NCBI GenBank assembly: GCA_038888155.1
Contig: JAWAJB010000001.1
Location: 128,001 to 192,000 of the forward strand
Origin: Desulfurococcaceae archaeon
GTDB lineage: Archaea > Thermoproteota > Thermoprotei_A > Sulfolobales > Desulfurococcaceae
Reading direction: 5' to 3'
DNA length: 64,000 nt
In this document: piece by piece, positions 1 through 10,126 of the stretch
Layout: each line of letters opens with the position of its first letter
Position numbering within the stretch: the stretch's first letter is position 1
Notes under the pieces: model-generated
Seen by the model: only the letters and a program-made list of their open reading frames with translations
Database searches by the model: none
What the model was told of the DNA's origin: nothing
Translations under genes and position numbers: made by a program

Positions 1-1
1 A

Positions 2-919
2 ATAATGATCGGCGTTGCTTATGCTGCATCAATTGGCGGGATAGGGACGCCCGTTGGAACGCCGCCTGTTCCAATAACTATTAGGAACATAAAGGACACA
101 ACTAACATAGATATCGGCTTTGCAACGTGGATGTCTTGGGGCGTGCCGCTTTCCCTTGTACTGACTTTCTTTGCTTGGCTATTTTTGACAAGGCTATTTA
201 AGCCAGAGGTTAAGCGGATCGAGGGAGGGCGAAAAATAATCGAAACCGAGCTAAATAAAGTTGGCAAATTGGAGGGAACTAGACTTAAGGCGTTTATTCT
301 ATTCCTAGTTGCAGCATTACTGTGGATTGTTGATCCCATAGCCTCACAATACGTAGATAGGTGGACTTACATTGTGTCTTTGATTATAATAGTAATGTTG
401 ATCTCACCGGGCACAGGAGTACTAAGCTGGAGAGATGTGTCTAGGGATGCAGATTGGGGAACGCTATTCTTAGTTGCAGGAGGACTGGCTCTAGGAGGAG
501 GTTTAAGAACAACTGGCTTAATAGATTTGTTCGCTAGGAGCCTAGCACAGTATTTCTATGGATATCAACCCCACTTAGTCATTGTTTTTATAAGCTTAGT
601 TTCAAGTCTCGCTATAACGGTGTTTTGTAGTATTACAGCGACAAGCTCTACAATGGTTCCAGTAGCTATAGGAATAGCTAGGGCTCTGAACTTACATCCC
701 CTTATCGCTGGTGTTGCCTCTGGCGTAGCCTCGTGCTTTGCATTTCTATTACCAGCGAACACCCCACCGAACGCTATAGCGTATTCTTACGGCTACTTTA
801 AGAGCTACGAGATGGCCAAAGCGGGAATAATTCTAATATTGCTATCCGTACTAATATCACTGCCATTTACTCTATTTCTTGCGCCGCTTATTACAAATAT
901 CCCTCTGTTTTTTCCATAG
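2..919 (+). CDS. DASS/SLC13-family sodium:anion (di/tricarboxylate or sulfate) symporter, 5'-truncated by window edge
   Basis: Hydrophobic protein with family motifs YAASIGGIGTPVGTPP and AFLLPANTPPNAIAY; frame is open to the window start. Confidence 0.85.
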   Translation: MMIGVAYAASIGGIGTPVGTPPVPITIRNIKDTTNIDIGFATWMSWGVPLSLVLTFFAWLFLTRLFKPEVKRIEGGRKIIETELNKVGKLEGTRLKAFILFLVAALLWIVDPIASQYVDRWTYIVSLIIIVMLISPGTGVLSWRDVSRDADWGTLFLVAGGLALGGGLRTTGLIDLFARSLAQYFYGYQPHLVIVFISLVSSLAITVFCSITATSSTMVPVAIGIARALNLHPLIAGVASGVASCFAFLLPANTPPNAIAYSYGYFKSYEMAKAGIILILLSVLISLPFTLFLAPLITNIPLFFP

Positions 920-930
920 GACTTTCCATC

Positions 931-1395
931 AATGATCTTCTTGATCTACGCCCCTCTTACACTCTAGGCGAGCTGGTACCTGTCGAGGGGCACTATGGGC
1001 TTCTCGCAGTAATCGGATGTGCCCCGTGAGTAGTGTTGGGTGGCGGCTCTTTATACTCCGCTCATTGAACTTCAATCTTTTTAAGGAGTTGTAAACAACT
1101 TTGCCCCCATCATTGAAATGGGCTACCTTGTTTAAACAACTCTATCACGGTATATAGACATCAAGGGGTAGTAATAGCTTTGAACATTTTCGTTACCTAT
1201 AATAGGCTTATGAGCTATAGTCGCCGCAAATTCAACCACGATATCGCTTTTGGTAAAGCTGTACTTGACTAAGTCACTAAAAGCAGAAGGCTTTAAGCGC
1301 AAGCCAGCTATAACGCTGGCTTGGAGGAAGGGGAATTGCATTTCAATTCAATATAATGGGGTTACTAGAAGGCCTGATCGGTAACGACACTAGAG
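931..1395 (+). pseudogene. Possible decayed remnant of a cation:proton antiporter (CPA2-like) C-terminal half
   Basis: Stop/frameshift-broken hydrophobic fragments in plausible order: MIFLIYAPLT, HYGLLAVIGCAP*VVLG, ELQSF*GVVNNFAPII, LVKLYL..EGFKRK..RKGNCISIHIMGLLEGLIG; resemblance judged by eye only. Confidence 0.25.
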
Positions 1396-1401
1396 ATGGA
1401 C

Positions 1402-2652
1402 TCATGTGGCTAGCAATATTTTTTCTCTCTCTAAGCGCCATAGAGATGCCAGCAGAATTATTGCAGATAGCATAACAAGAGCTGACAAGCTAAAAGCAGT
1501 CAACCGATAATCTCCGTATACATAGCTCTGTATAGACAGTATGCTGTAAGTGTAAGGCACAAAGGACAACAGTATTAATACGTGTATTGGCAACCTATAA
1601 AAGTCTATGATCCACCCTGAGACAAAGAAGGCTAGACCTATAACGGAGAAAAGGCTAGCTATATTACTTGCTGTTCTTATCCCCCTAGTTCTAGATATGA
1701 ACGGTATCGATATTGAAACAGTTACGAGGATTGTTAAAAACCCCACTAGTGCGTGAAGTATTATCAAATTAATGTCAAAAAGAGCTACAAACCTGCTACC
1801 TAAGGCTGTTATCAGAGTCCCGAAATACACCAGGAGACTCCCTATATCAGCTAGTGAGGCTACTGATCCAATGATAGAGGCAGCTATGACCTTTGAGGCA
1901 AAGATTTCCCAAACACTGACAGGTGTTGCGAGGAGCATTTCCATAGTCTTTCTCTCCCGCTCCCCCACTATGCTGTCAACTATAAACGATGATGCAGGCG
2001 TGACGATGAATGAAAGGGAGAGTATTAAGAGTTTAGCTATGAACGGCCTGATGATATCCTCTGGTTTAGCTTGCTCTCCGCTAGGAGAAATGTATATAGG
2101 CGCCTTCACTTGAAGGGGGCTCCGAATGGCGTGTAGGCTATAATTAGTTAGCCCTGACCTAATCGCAATTTCCTCGATCTTTAGCTCTGAGATCTGGTCG
2201 GATAATGTCTCAATAAGCCCCCTTACGTCCTGCTCTGCTTTGTTTAGCCTGTCTTCCGGGACGCCGGTCCTTTTAATTAGTTCAATATATGCTACCCTAT
2301 CAAAGCTAGTTAAGTTCGCGCTGAATTCCCTCGGGATGACAACTATCAAATCTATTGTGAAATTTCCCAGCGCAGTGGCAACGTCTTCTTGGTTTAATAC
2401 AATATATCCTTGATTTGCTAGGTAAGTAGTCATTTTACTGAGGATCAATGTGCTGAGTTCGCTTGACTGGTAGTCTTCGTTAACTATAGATATAACAACT
2501 GGCTGGAATTGCATAAGAATTGCAGTAAGCATTCCTATAGCCGGCAATGATATAAGTGGAAAGAAAATAGTAGTGAGTATTAGCTTCTTATCGCGGCATA
2601 TCTCCTTGACCTCTTTCCATAACAAGGCGCGTAGGTTCCTATAAGATCTCAT
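1402..2652 (-). CDS. ABC-2 type exporter permease (NatB-like)
   Basis: N-terminal WKE..R motif, GERERKTMEMLLATPVS motif, multiple TM helices; follows ABC ATPase. Confidence 0.85.
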   Translation of the reverse strand: MRSYRNLRALLWKEVKEICRDKKLILTTIFFPLISLPAIGMLTAILMQFQPVVISIVNEDYQSSELSTLILSKMTTYLANQGYIVLNQEDVATALGNFTIDLIVVIPREFSANLTSFDRVAYIELIKRTGVPEDRLNKAEQDVRGLIETLSDQISELKIEEIAIRSGLTNYSLHAIRSPLQVKAPIYISPSGEQAKPEDIIRPFIAKLLILSLSFIVTPASSFIVDSIVGERERKTMEMLLATPVSVWEIFASKVIAASIIGSVASLADIGSLLVYFGTLITALGSRFVALFDINLIILHALVGFLTILVTVSISIPFISRTRGIRTASNIASLFSVIGLAFFVSGWIIDFYRLPIHVLILLSFVPYTYSILSIQSYVYGDYRLTAFSLSALVMLSAIILLASLWRLEREKILLAT

Positions 2653-2654
2653 GT

Positions 2655-3371
2655 TCAGTCTCCCGTGAGCTTTATAAACACTTCTTCGAGATTTCTCGCG
2701 TTGTGCTGTTTAATCAGTTGCCAAGGAGATCCCTCCGCTATAATTCTACCTTCATGTACTAACCCAACTTTATCGCAGAGGTCCTGGATCTCAAGCATGT
2801 TATGGCTACTCAGTATAGCAGAGGCTTTATTCTCTATAACGTATTCCTTAATGGCTTTCCTCACCCTAAAGCTAGCGTGCACGTCTAACCCAGCAGTAGG
2901 CTCATCAAGTAGTGCCACTCTGGGTTTTCTCATCAACACCAATGCCAAGAGAAGCCTGCGCTTCATGCCCTTGCTGTAGTTTTTCGTGAGATCGTTAACT
3001 CTCTCACCAAGGCCAGCTATTTTCACGCCGTACTCTACGCCCTCCTTAGTCAAGTTGTATAGCATTGAATATAGAAATATGTGCTCATAGCCGGTAAGTA
3101 AATCATAAGTGTTAGCATCCTCGGGGAGGTAGCCTATCATGTTCCTAACTGCAGCGTAGTCTGAGTAGGGGTCTAAGCCGTGTACGTAAACATTACCTTG
3201 ATCTGGTTTAACGAGCCCTGCTATAATTCTCAACAAAGTAGTCTTTCCCGCCCCATTGGGACCGACGAGCCCGTAAATTTCGCCTTCGCTCACTCTGAGT
3301 GAAATTCCCCGAAGTGCAACTACGTTGTTGTATTTTTTGTAAATCCCCCTTAATTCAACGGCAACACTCAT
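2655..3371 (-). CDS. ABC transporter ATP-binding protein (NatA-like)
   Basis: Walker A GPNGAGKTT, signature YSKGM, Walker B LLDEPT, H-loop SSHN. Confidence 0.93.
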   Translation of the reverse strand: MSVAVELRGIYKKYNNVVALRGISLRVSEGEIYGLVGPNGAGKTTLLRIIAGLVKPDQGNVYVHGLDPYSDYAAVRNMIGYLPEDANTYDLLTGYEHIFLYSMLYNLTKEGVEYGVKIAGLGERVNDLTKNYSKGMKRRLLLALVLMRKPRVALLDEPTAGLDVHASFRVRKAIKEYVIENKASAILSSHNMLEIQDLCDKVGLVHEGRIIAEGSPWQLIKQHNARNLEEVFIKLTGD

Positions 3372-3436
3372 CTAGTAATACCCTGTGGATTTTAATAACG
3401 AAAAAAAGTTATATCCTGTAATACCACATACTAGAC

Positions 3437-4144
3437 TTGGGAGTTTTCGTGCTTTCTAACATCGCTGACAAATTGAGGCTTTTCATTGAGAGGTTTGGCG
3501 AGAAAGGCTTACTAGTAATTAAAGCTGCGTATGAGGTTTATCAAGATCCAAATGTAGATCACAGGCTTGGCGATTTCAGCTTTAAGCACATTGTGTTGAG
3601 ACTAAACAATGTTGGACTAAACTACAACCCTGCCAATATACTCAGAATACTAGAAAAAGAATATGGAATTTTAGAGAAGTCTTACTCTTCGTCGAATCAG
3701 ACATGGTGGAAGTTTATAGATCCGGAAACTGTTCGCAGTATTTTAAGTGAACACTACGGCACTCCACTTGATGACCCGAGGATTAAGGCTCTCTTGATCA
3801 AATATAGGAGCATGGAGCCCCGAACTACACTTGAAGCCCTAAGGCGTTTGGCTGTTAAGGAAGCTCTTTCAAGCGGAGACAAAGAGATGTTCAAGAGATT
3901 CGTCTTCAACGAACTAGATAAGATAGTGGACCTAGAGATGGAGATGGAGAAATATGAAGAAACTTTCTACGGCGAACTTTACGTACTCAGGGAAGTGTTA
4001 AGTCTGGCGGAAATGATCTCCAGCAAACTTGAAAAGACGCGCTTCAAAATAAGTATGAAGGAAGAGGAGGTACGCTTAAATGCTAATACACGAACTGGTA
4101 TCATCAAGAATACTTCCTGCACTAAGGGGAATAATAGCCCATAA
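3437..4144 (+). CDS. Hypothetical protein (possible N-terminal winged-helix, helical C-terminus)
   Basis: Long ORF with protein-like composition, divergent from ABC ATPase, overlaps next gene; no motif recognised with confidence. Confidence 0.65.
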   Translation: MGVFVLSNIADKLRLFIERFGEKGLLVIKAAYEVYQDPNVDHRLGDFSFKHIVLRLNNVGLNYNPANILRILEKEYGILEKSYSSSNQTWWKFIDPETVRSILSEHYGTPLDDPRIKALLIKYRSMEPRTTLEALRRLAVKEALSSGDKEMFKRFVFNELDKIVDLEMEMEKYEETFYGELYVLREVLSLAEMISSKLEKTRFKISMKEEEVRLNANTRTGIIKNTSCTKGNNSP

Positions 4145-4955
4145 GTTAGACGCAATGGGCGTGAGTCAGCGAAAAATTGCATACTACCTTGAAGTAACGC
4201 AGCCCATGGTAAGTAAAATTTTGAGGAGGCCTTTAAGTGAATTCTACGTTGACCTAGAAAAACTGGGGATTCAAAGGGACCTAGTAGAACATTACGTTGA
4301 AATACTAACGGAGATGGTTAAGGGTGGGGACTACGATAAGTTTATATCGACTACTTTTAATGTCATTAACCAATTTGCTTTAAGTGCTGCATGTAATTTA
4401 AGAAAAAACATTAGTACGTTGTGCAGTTCAGGATTCTTTAGGGACCCCGATATAGAGTACTATAAGAGTGCGCTATTTAGGCTTATGGGAATTCGAGGCC
4501 TAGAGAGAGTTATTCCAGAGGTAGGGTCTAACCTCGTTTATGCTCCTAGGGCGCCTAACAATACTGGCGACATTATTGGGCTAACAGGAAGAATAGTGAA
4601 GACTCTCAGCGGTGTTGCTTTTTATGGAGAGCCAGTCTACGGGGGCAGTAAATACGTCGCTAGAATCCTCATTATAGCTACAAAGTACAACCCCAAACTG
4701 AGATTCTGCATCAATATCAAGTACAGTCCGAGTATAAGGGTTACCATCGAAAAGATTGGTATTCCAGTTGCAGATACAGGTCCACACTTGAGAGAGGAAG
4801 ACTTTTGGGAGAACGTCGAAAAGGCGCTAACTCAAAAGCCTATAGCAATTTGTGATCATGGGGGACTTGGCCTAGAGCCAATAATTTATATTCTCGCAGA
4901 GAGTAGCCAACAACTGGAGTCTATTATTAGGGCTGTTGTAAGTGGTCTACAGTGA
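4080..4955 (+). CDS. HTH transcriptional regulator fused to ThiN-like (thiamine-phosphate synthase fold) domain, ThiR-like
   Basis: HTH SQRKIAYYLEVTQPMVSKIL; ThiN-domain motifs IPEVGSNLVYA, GRIV, D.GG.GLEP; SD GAGGT before ATG. Confidence 0.8.
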   Translation: MLIHELVSSRILPALRGIIAHKLDAMGVSQRKIAYYLEVTQPMVSKILRRPLSEFYVDLEKLGIQRDLVEHYVEILTEMVKGGDYDKFISTTFNVINQFALSAACNLRKNISTLCSSGFFRDPDIEYYKSALFRLMGIRGLERVIPEVGSNLVYAPRAPNNTGDIIGLTGRIVKTLSGVAFYGEPVYGGSKYVARILIIATKYNPKLRFCINIKYSPSIRVTIEKIGIPVADTGPHLREEDFWENVEKALTQKPIAICDHGGLGLEPIIYILAESSQQLESIIRAVVSGLQ

Positions 4956-5887
4956 AGGTTTACTCTGATGTGTGCATTGTTGGAGGCGGCGCTGCGGGTG
5001 GAGTTCTCTCGTACTATTTATACAGGAGCGGCTTTAGCAAGTTACCAGTTTACTATTACTCTGAAGTGAGCGTGAGTGCCGTAAAAGCACAGGGCGGTAT
5101 TTACGTAACTGATGAGAACAGACGCGTTGACTACCTTGTACCTGTTATCCCGAGGCACTATGAAACCCCTATAGACGAGTGCAAATTTGTTTTTAATACG
5201 GTCAAAGCCTACAGTGTTCCTCAAACAATTGAACTAATGTTAAATATAACACAACCAAGTGGAGTAGTCATAATGCTTCAAAACGGCTTTGGGAGTTTAG
5301 AACTCGCAGAGCGATCTCTGCAAGGTAGGCAAGTAGCTGGGGGCGTTATACACTATGGCGCCCAGAGAGTAGGGCATGGAAGGGTGTTGTACCACGGCGG
5401 TAATACAATAATAGCTGGTTGCAGAAACAGTCTATGCTTAGACCTCCTTGAGATTAGCAATGCTCTCAGGCTGGGGGGCCTCTACCTACTTGTAACGAGC
5501 AATATAGATTTCTATAGATGGCTTAAACTAATGATTAACGCTGTTGTAAACCCCCTCACTGCTATTACTAGGGGCCCCAATAGGGTAGTCCTCGAAAAGG
5601 AGGGCCTTGAGCTAGCAAGGGCAATTATTGAAGAGATATGCGAAGTTGCAAGAGGTTATGGATACGCCTTCAACCCCACCGAAGTCTTAGACTACTTAAA
5701 GAGCGGTATAGAGAGCGTGGCAAGCAATATATCAAGCATGGCGCAGGACGTCATAAATAATAGGCCAACTGAAATTGATTTCTTAAATGGATTTGTCGCG
5801 AAAAGTCTAGGTAAAGAGTCAAGCATCAATTACATTTTGACTTTAATTATAAGGCTCATCGAAAGAGGGTACAAGTTAAAAAGTTAA
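4952..5887 (+). CDS. panE: 2-dehydropantoate 2-reductase (ketopantoate reductase)
   Basis: GxGxxG, VKAY, LQNG, W.KL..N...NPLTA, SSMAQD, TEIDFLNG motifs; adjacent to panB. Confidence 0.9.
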   Translation: MKVYSDVCIVGGGAAGGVLSYYLYRSGFSKLPVYYYSEVSVSAVKAQGGIYVTDENRRVDYLVPVIPRHYETPIDECKFVFNTVKAYSVPQTIELMLNITQPSGVVIMLQNGFGSLELAERSLQGRQVAGGVIHYGAQRVGHGRVLYHGGNTIIAGCRNSLCLDLLEISNALRLGGLYLLVTSNIDFYRWLKLMINAVVNPLTAITRGPNRVVLEKEGLELARAIIEEICEVARGYGYAFNPTEVLDYLKSGIESVASNISSMAQDVINNRPTEIDFLNGFVAKSLGKESSINYILTLIIRLIERGYKLKS

Positions 5888-5905
5888 CAACATCAATTAT
5901 TTCGA

Positions 5906-6724
5906 GTGGTGGACTTTTTGAAGAAGATCACAGTAAGAGATATCATAAAATTGAAAGGACACGAGAAAATAGCCATGATTACGGCGTATGACTACACTAC
6001 AGCCAAACTTGTTGATGCCGCTGGTGTTGACATAATACTGGTTGGCGACAGCGTAGGAATGGTTGTACATGGCTATCACTCAACTCACCCAGTTACCATG
6101 GAAATGATGCTTCTTCACACTTCGAGCGTAGCTCGAAGTAGTCCTCGCGCACTAATTGTGGGAGATATGCCCTTTATGAGCTACGAGGCAAGCATCGAAG
6201 ACGCTGTGCGAAATGCAGGTCTCTTGGTAAAAGCGGGAGCTGAAGCAGTGAAAATAGAGGGAGGTAGTGAGGTGTCTGATACAGTGAAAGCTCTTGTAAG
6301 GGCAGGCATTCCAGTAATGGGGCACATAGGGCTAACTCCACAGAGAGCTCTACTTATAGGTGGATACAGAAAACGTGGTGTCCGTGAGGCCGAGCGAGAG
6401 GTATTAATAGAAGATGCTAAGGAGCTAGAGAGAGCCGGTGCATTCTCAATAGTTATAGAGTTCACTGCAGCAGATGTAGCGGAGACTATTACCAGAGAGC
6501 TGACCGTACCAACGATCTGTATTGGCAGTGGTCCTTTCTGCGATGGTCAAGTTCTAGTGCTACACGACGTCCTTGGATTATCGGAGAGTTTGCCTCCTTT
6601 TGCTAAGAAATACGTTGACCTAAGAAATATCATATCGGAATCCATTAAGAAATACGTAGAGGATGTAAGGGCGGGCGTTTTTCCAAGCAGAGAGCACTAC
6701 TTTTATGCGAGCGAGAAAAAATAG
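5906..6724 (+). CDS. panB: 3-methyl-2-oxobutanoate hydroxymethyltransferase
   Basis: MITAYD, LVGDS, DMPFMSY, VKIEGG, GHIGLTPQ, DGQVLV motifs. Confidence 0.97.
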   Translation: MVDFLKKITVRDIIKLKGHEKIAMITAYDYTTAKLVDAAGVDIILVGDSVGMVVHGYHSTHPVTMEMMLLHTSSVARSSPRALIVGDMPFMSYEASIEDAVRNAGLLVKAGAEAVKIEGGSEVSDTVKALVRAGIPVMGHIGLTPQRALLIGGYRKRGVREAEREVLIEDAKELERAGAFSIVIEFTAADVAETITRELTVPTICIGSGPFCDGQVLVLHDVLGLSESLPPFAKKYVDLRNIISESIKKYVEDVRAGVFPSREHYFYASEKK

Positions 6725-6726
6725 CT

Positions 6727-8001
6727 TTACTCCTTTTGTCTCCATCGCAACTTGACGCCAAGTATTACTATGTCCCTGTTAAAGATGATAACTGACATCG
6801 CTATCTGCAAGACACATATGAGTATAGATGAGAGGGTAGAGATTAATGCGTATATAGGCTGTCCAATTATTAACGAGACCATATATACTACAGGCATTGG
6901 TACAACTGCTATACCCGAGAGAATAGCGACAACTGCATTTAGCTGAACTCCTAGAAACATAAACATAAATCCAATTCCAAAGTAGAGGAACATTATTGGC
7001 ATAGTTAACAAACTAGCTGTCCTCTCATCTGGCGACAATGAGCCCATTATTATGCCAAGAGAGCCTGAGGAAATTAAACCCAGAACTAACGCTATAGCTA
7101 TAGAAGTCAGGAAAGCTGGCACTAGGTCAAAGCCAAGCGATCTTGACATCTCTGAAATCATCTCCAATGGAGAAACATTACCTACTTCTATTCCTTGAGG
7201 TAGCGTAAATGAGAACATACCTATAAGTCCCGCGATATACACGGCAGAAAACAGCAAGGTAGCTAGCGATGCCCCAACGATTTTAGCTATCACTATACTG
7301 CTTCTCCTAATGGGTTGTGACAAGAGCATCTCAAATGCCTTTTCTACCTTCTCGAAAGCAACTAGCTGAGAGGCGTAACCAGCGTTAGACCCAACAACTA
7401 TTGTAATTAATATTGGAAGCGTTGTTAGCACTGATGAGATGGCCATCAGTAAGTCTGTCCTAACCTCTTTGTCATAGAACAGAGCAGAGCCCTGTACATT
7501 AACAGAGAATCTAATATGCGGGGGTTCCCCGCCGTATGCAATGCTTAATGCTACGGGCATCAACCTTTCGATTAAACTCGAAATTTGGGCAAATAGAGCT
7601 ACCTTGGTTTGAACTAGTATTGATGAATACGACTCAACGCTAACCATTCCATTTAAGACTAAAACGCTCTCCCTGCTAGTTGCATTTACCGAAAAGCCTT
7701 CAGGGATAAAGATGCCCACGCCAGTATCCTTAACTGCCTCTCTTAGAGATGCGTATACCTTAACCCTTCCGCCCATAGTTTCATTTAGTAAAATAACTAG
7801 TACGCGAGTAAGCTCTGTATCTTCTCCCAAGACTAATCCAATACTTCCTTTAAATACCTCCCTTTGGGCTTCTTCTACGCTAAATCTCATTATTCCGCCG
7901 AGGGCGAGGTAAAATGCAAATATTACAACTATAGTCACAATGAAAGCTGGGTTCTTCAAAAAGGCTTTTACCTCTCTCTTAATTAAAGGCAGCAGAGTCA
8001 T
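6727..8001 (-). CDS. ABC-2 type exporter permease (NatB-like)
   Basis: EKVEKAFEMLLSQPI motif, multiple TM helices, overlaps ATPase gene. Confidence 0.85.
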   Translation of the reverse strand: MTLLPLIKREVKAFLKNPAFIVTIVVIFAFYLALGGIMRFSVEEAQREVFKGSIGLVLGEDTELTRVLVILLNETMGGRVKVYASLREAVKDTGVGIFIPEGFSVNATSRESVLVLNGMVSVESYSSILVQTKVALFAQISSLIERLMPVALSIAYGGEPPHIRFSVNVQGSALFYDKEVRTDLLMAISSVLTTLPILITIVVGSNAGYASQLVAFEKVEKAFEMLLSQPIRRSSIVIAKIVGASLATLLFSAVYIAGLIGMFSFTLPQGIEVGNVSPLEMISEMSRSLGFDLVPAFLTSIAIALVLGLISSGSLGIIMGSLSPDERTASLLTMPIMFLYFGIGFMFMFLGVQLNAVVAILSGIAVVPMPVVYMVSLIIGQPIYALISTLSSILICVLQIAMSVIIFNRDIVILGVKLRWRQKE

Positions 8002-8738
8002 ATCCTTACTACCTTCTCCTTTAATTTAATGAAAACTTCTTCGAGGTTAATTGCCTCCAATTTATTCTTGAGGTCTGAAGATGTTCCCTCTCCTATTAGC
8101 TTGCCTTTATATATTATTCCAACTCTCTGTGCAAGGTATTCTACTTCAAGCATGTTGTGACTACTTAGGAGTACTGTTATGTTGTGATCTTTATTGTACT
8201 TCCTTATGAGGTCCCTGACATATAGTGCTCTTTCAACATCTAGCCCTGCGGTGGGCTCATCGAGGAGTAACAGCCTAGGCTTAGAGGCTAAAGTTACGCT
8301 TAGAGCTAATATCCTCTTCATACCCTTGCTGTATGTTCTAACTGGTCTCCTTAAATCCCTTCCAAGACCGCTGATCTTTATGGCCTCCTCTATAGCTTCT
8401 TCTAATAATTTACCAGTAAATCTAATAGAGAGCATAAACTTTATGAAATCTGCCCCAGATAGGTCTCTGTAAGCACCTGCCTCTTCTGGCAAATAGCTCA
8501 TTAGAGACCTCGCCTTTAGGGGGTCCTTGACTACGTCAATGCCATATACTTCAACTTTGCCTCTAGTTGGCTTTATTAGAGTAGCAATAATCCTGAGAGT
8601 TGTTGTCTTGCCGCTACCGTTAGGCCCTATTAGTGCGTATATCTCTCCATGATCTACAGTAAGAGAGAGGTCGCTCAATGCCACAACGTTTCTACCATAT
8701 ACTTTAACGAGGTCGCTAATTGTAACAGCAGGTTGCAT
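7998..8738 (-). CDS. ABC transporter ATP-binding protein
   Basis: GPNGSGKTT, YSKGM, LLDEPT, SSHN. Confidence 0.93.
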   Translation of the reverse strand: MQPAVTISDLVKVYGRNVVALSDLSLTVDHGEIYALIGPNGSGKTTTLRIIATLIKPTRGKVEVYGIDVVKDPLKARSLMSYLPEEAGAYRDLSGADFIKFMLSIRFTGKLLEEAIEEAIKISGLGRDLRRPVRTYSKGMKRILALSVTLASKPRLLLLDEPTAGLDVERALYVRDLIRKYNKDHNITVLLSSHNMLEVEYLAQRVGIIYKGKLIGEGTSSDLKNKLEAINLEEVFIKLKEKVVRI

Positions 8739-8825
8739 ATGACTACACCGCGCTATTTTGTTTGGCGTGCGGTCGGCTTTTGATAAAATAATAGACAGTA
8801 ACTTGCTTATTAAATTAACAAAATT

Positions 8826-10115
8826 GTGTTGAGGATAAAGAATTTGAGGTTTAAGTTGCTCTATATTGTGCTAGATGGTGCCGCCGATAGCCTAAACGAT
8901 CGTCCGACCACTCTCGAGGTCGCAGAAAAGCCTGGGCTAGATGAACTAGCTAGAAGAGGAGCTTGCGGGTTAGTGTACCCTGTTAGCAGAGGTATAGCGC
9001 CCGAGAGCGATTTAGCTGTAATTTCCATACTTGGGTACAACCCCCAAGATGTATATACAGGTAGAGGGCCCCTCGAGGCTCTAGGGGCTGGTCTATGCCT
9101 CAATGAGGAGTTTGAAGTTGCATTTAGGGCGAATTTTGCAACAATAGATGTAAAGTCAAAGAGGATTGTAGACAGAAGAGTTGGAAGAAATTTAAGAACA
9201 GAAGAAGCTGTAGAGCTAGCTAAAGCTCTGAGTAACGTAGAACTTGGCGTGCATGCAGGTTACGCTAAAGTTATTTCAACAATAGGGCATAGAGCTGTTG
9301 TGATCATAGGCAGTAGAGAAAAAAAGCTATCGGCAATGGTTAGCAACAACGACCCTGCATACGTGAGGAAGGGATATGTAAGCGTAGCAGTTGATAGGCC
9401 GGAACACTACATCCGCGAGATAACTGCCATAGAGGACACCCCAGAGGCTCGGGCTACTGCTGAGCTAGCCAACACTTTCTTCAATATAGCTGTTGAGACA
9501 TTATCTACGCATCCAGTTAACATCAAGAGAGTGGAGAGTGGGTTGTTTCCGGCCAACGCAATATTGCTACGCGATGCTGGTAATAAGATCCCAAGAGCAA
9601 CTCCTCTGAGAGAAAAATTTGGCTGCAGGTTCGCCGTGTTAGCAGAGATGCCAGTTGAGATAGGCATTGGAAGAGCCTTTGGAGCTGAAACTATAGCGCT
9701 AGATCCTCCCACCGGCAATACCCAACTTGATTACGAAAAAAGGCTTGACGAAGCGATAAAAGCTACCAAGAGAAGCGACATTGTGTATGTACACCTAAAG
9801 GGTCCAGACGAACCTGGACACGATGGCGATATGGAGCTCAAAAAGAAGCGGATAGAAGAGATTGATAGGTACTTCATGCAACCGCTATTAGAGTACCTAG
9901 ATGATTTATCCATTTTAGTTACAACAGACCATGCCACGCCACCAACTAAGAGGGCGCACACAGATGATCCAGTACCTTTCGCGTTTTATGCCCATAGTGT
10001 AACTCCCGATGAAGCTACTAAATTTACTGAAAGAGAGTGCTCAAAAGGGTCCCTTGGCACAATAGATCATGGCTGGCTTTTGCTACCGATGATACTTAAC
10101 AAGTACCTCAAGTAG
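8826..10115 (+). CDS. apgM: Archaeal 2,3-bisphosphoglycerate-independent phosphoglycerate mutase (AlkP superfamily)
   Basis: VLDG, PESD (Ser nucleophile), GRGPLEA, HLKGPDEPGHDG, TTDHATP, HTDDPVP. Confidence 0.9.
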   Translation: MLRIKNLRFKLLYIVLDGAADSLNDRPTTLEVAEKPGLDELARRGACGLVYPVSRGIAPESDLAVISILGYNPQDVYTGRGPLEALGAGLCLNEEFEVAFRANFATIDVKSKRIVDRRVGRNLRTEEAVELAKALSNVELGVHAGYAKVISTIGHRAVVIIGSREKKLSAMVSNNDPAYVRKGYVSVAVDRPEHYIREITAIEDTPEARATAELANTFFNIAVETLSTHPVNIKRVESGLFPANAILLRDAGNKIPRATPLREKFGCRFAVLAEMPVEIGIGRAFGAETIALDPPTGNTQLDYEKRLDEAIKATKRSDIVYVHLKGPDEPGHDGDMELKKKRIEEIDRYFMQPLLEYLDDLSILVTTDHATPPTKRAHTDDPVPFAFYAHSVTPDEATKFTERECSKGSLGTIDHGWLLLPMILNKYLK

Positions 10116-10126
10116 AGTGATCTATT

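Noticed and set aside
1132-1341. 69-aa minus-strand ORF after the permease
   Set aside because: No motif; the plus-strand pseudogene reading explains the region at least as well
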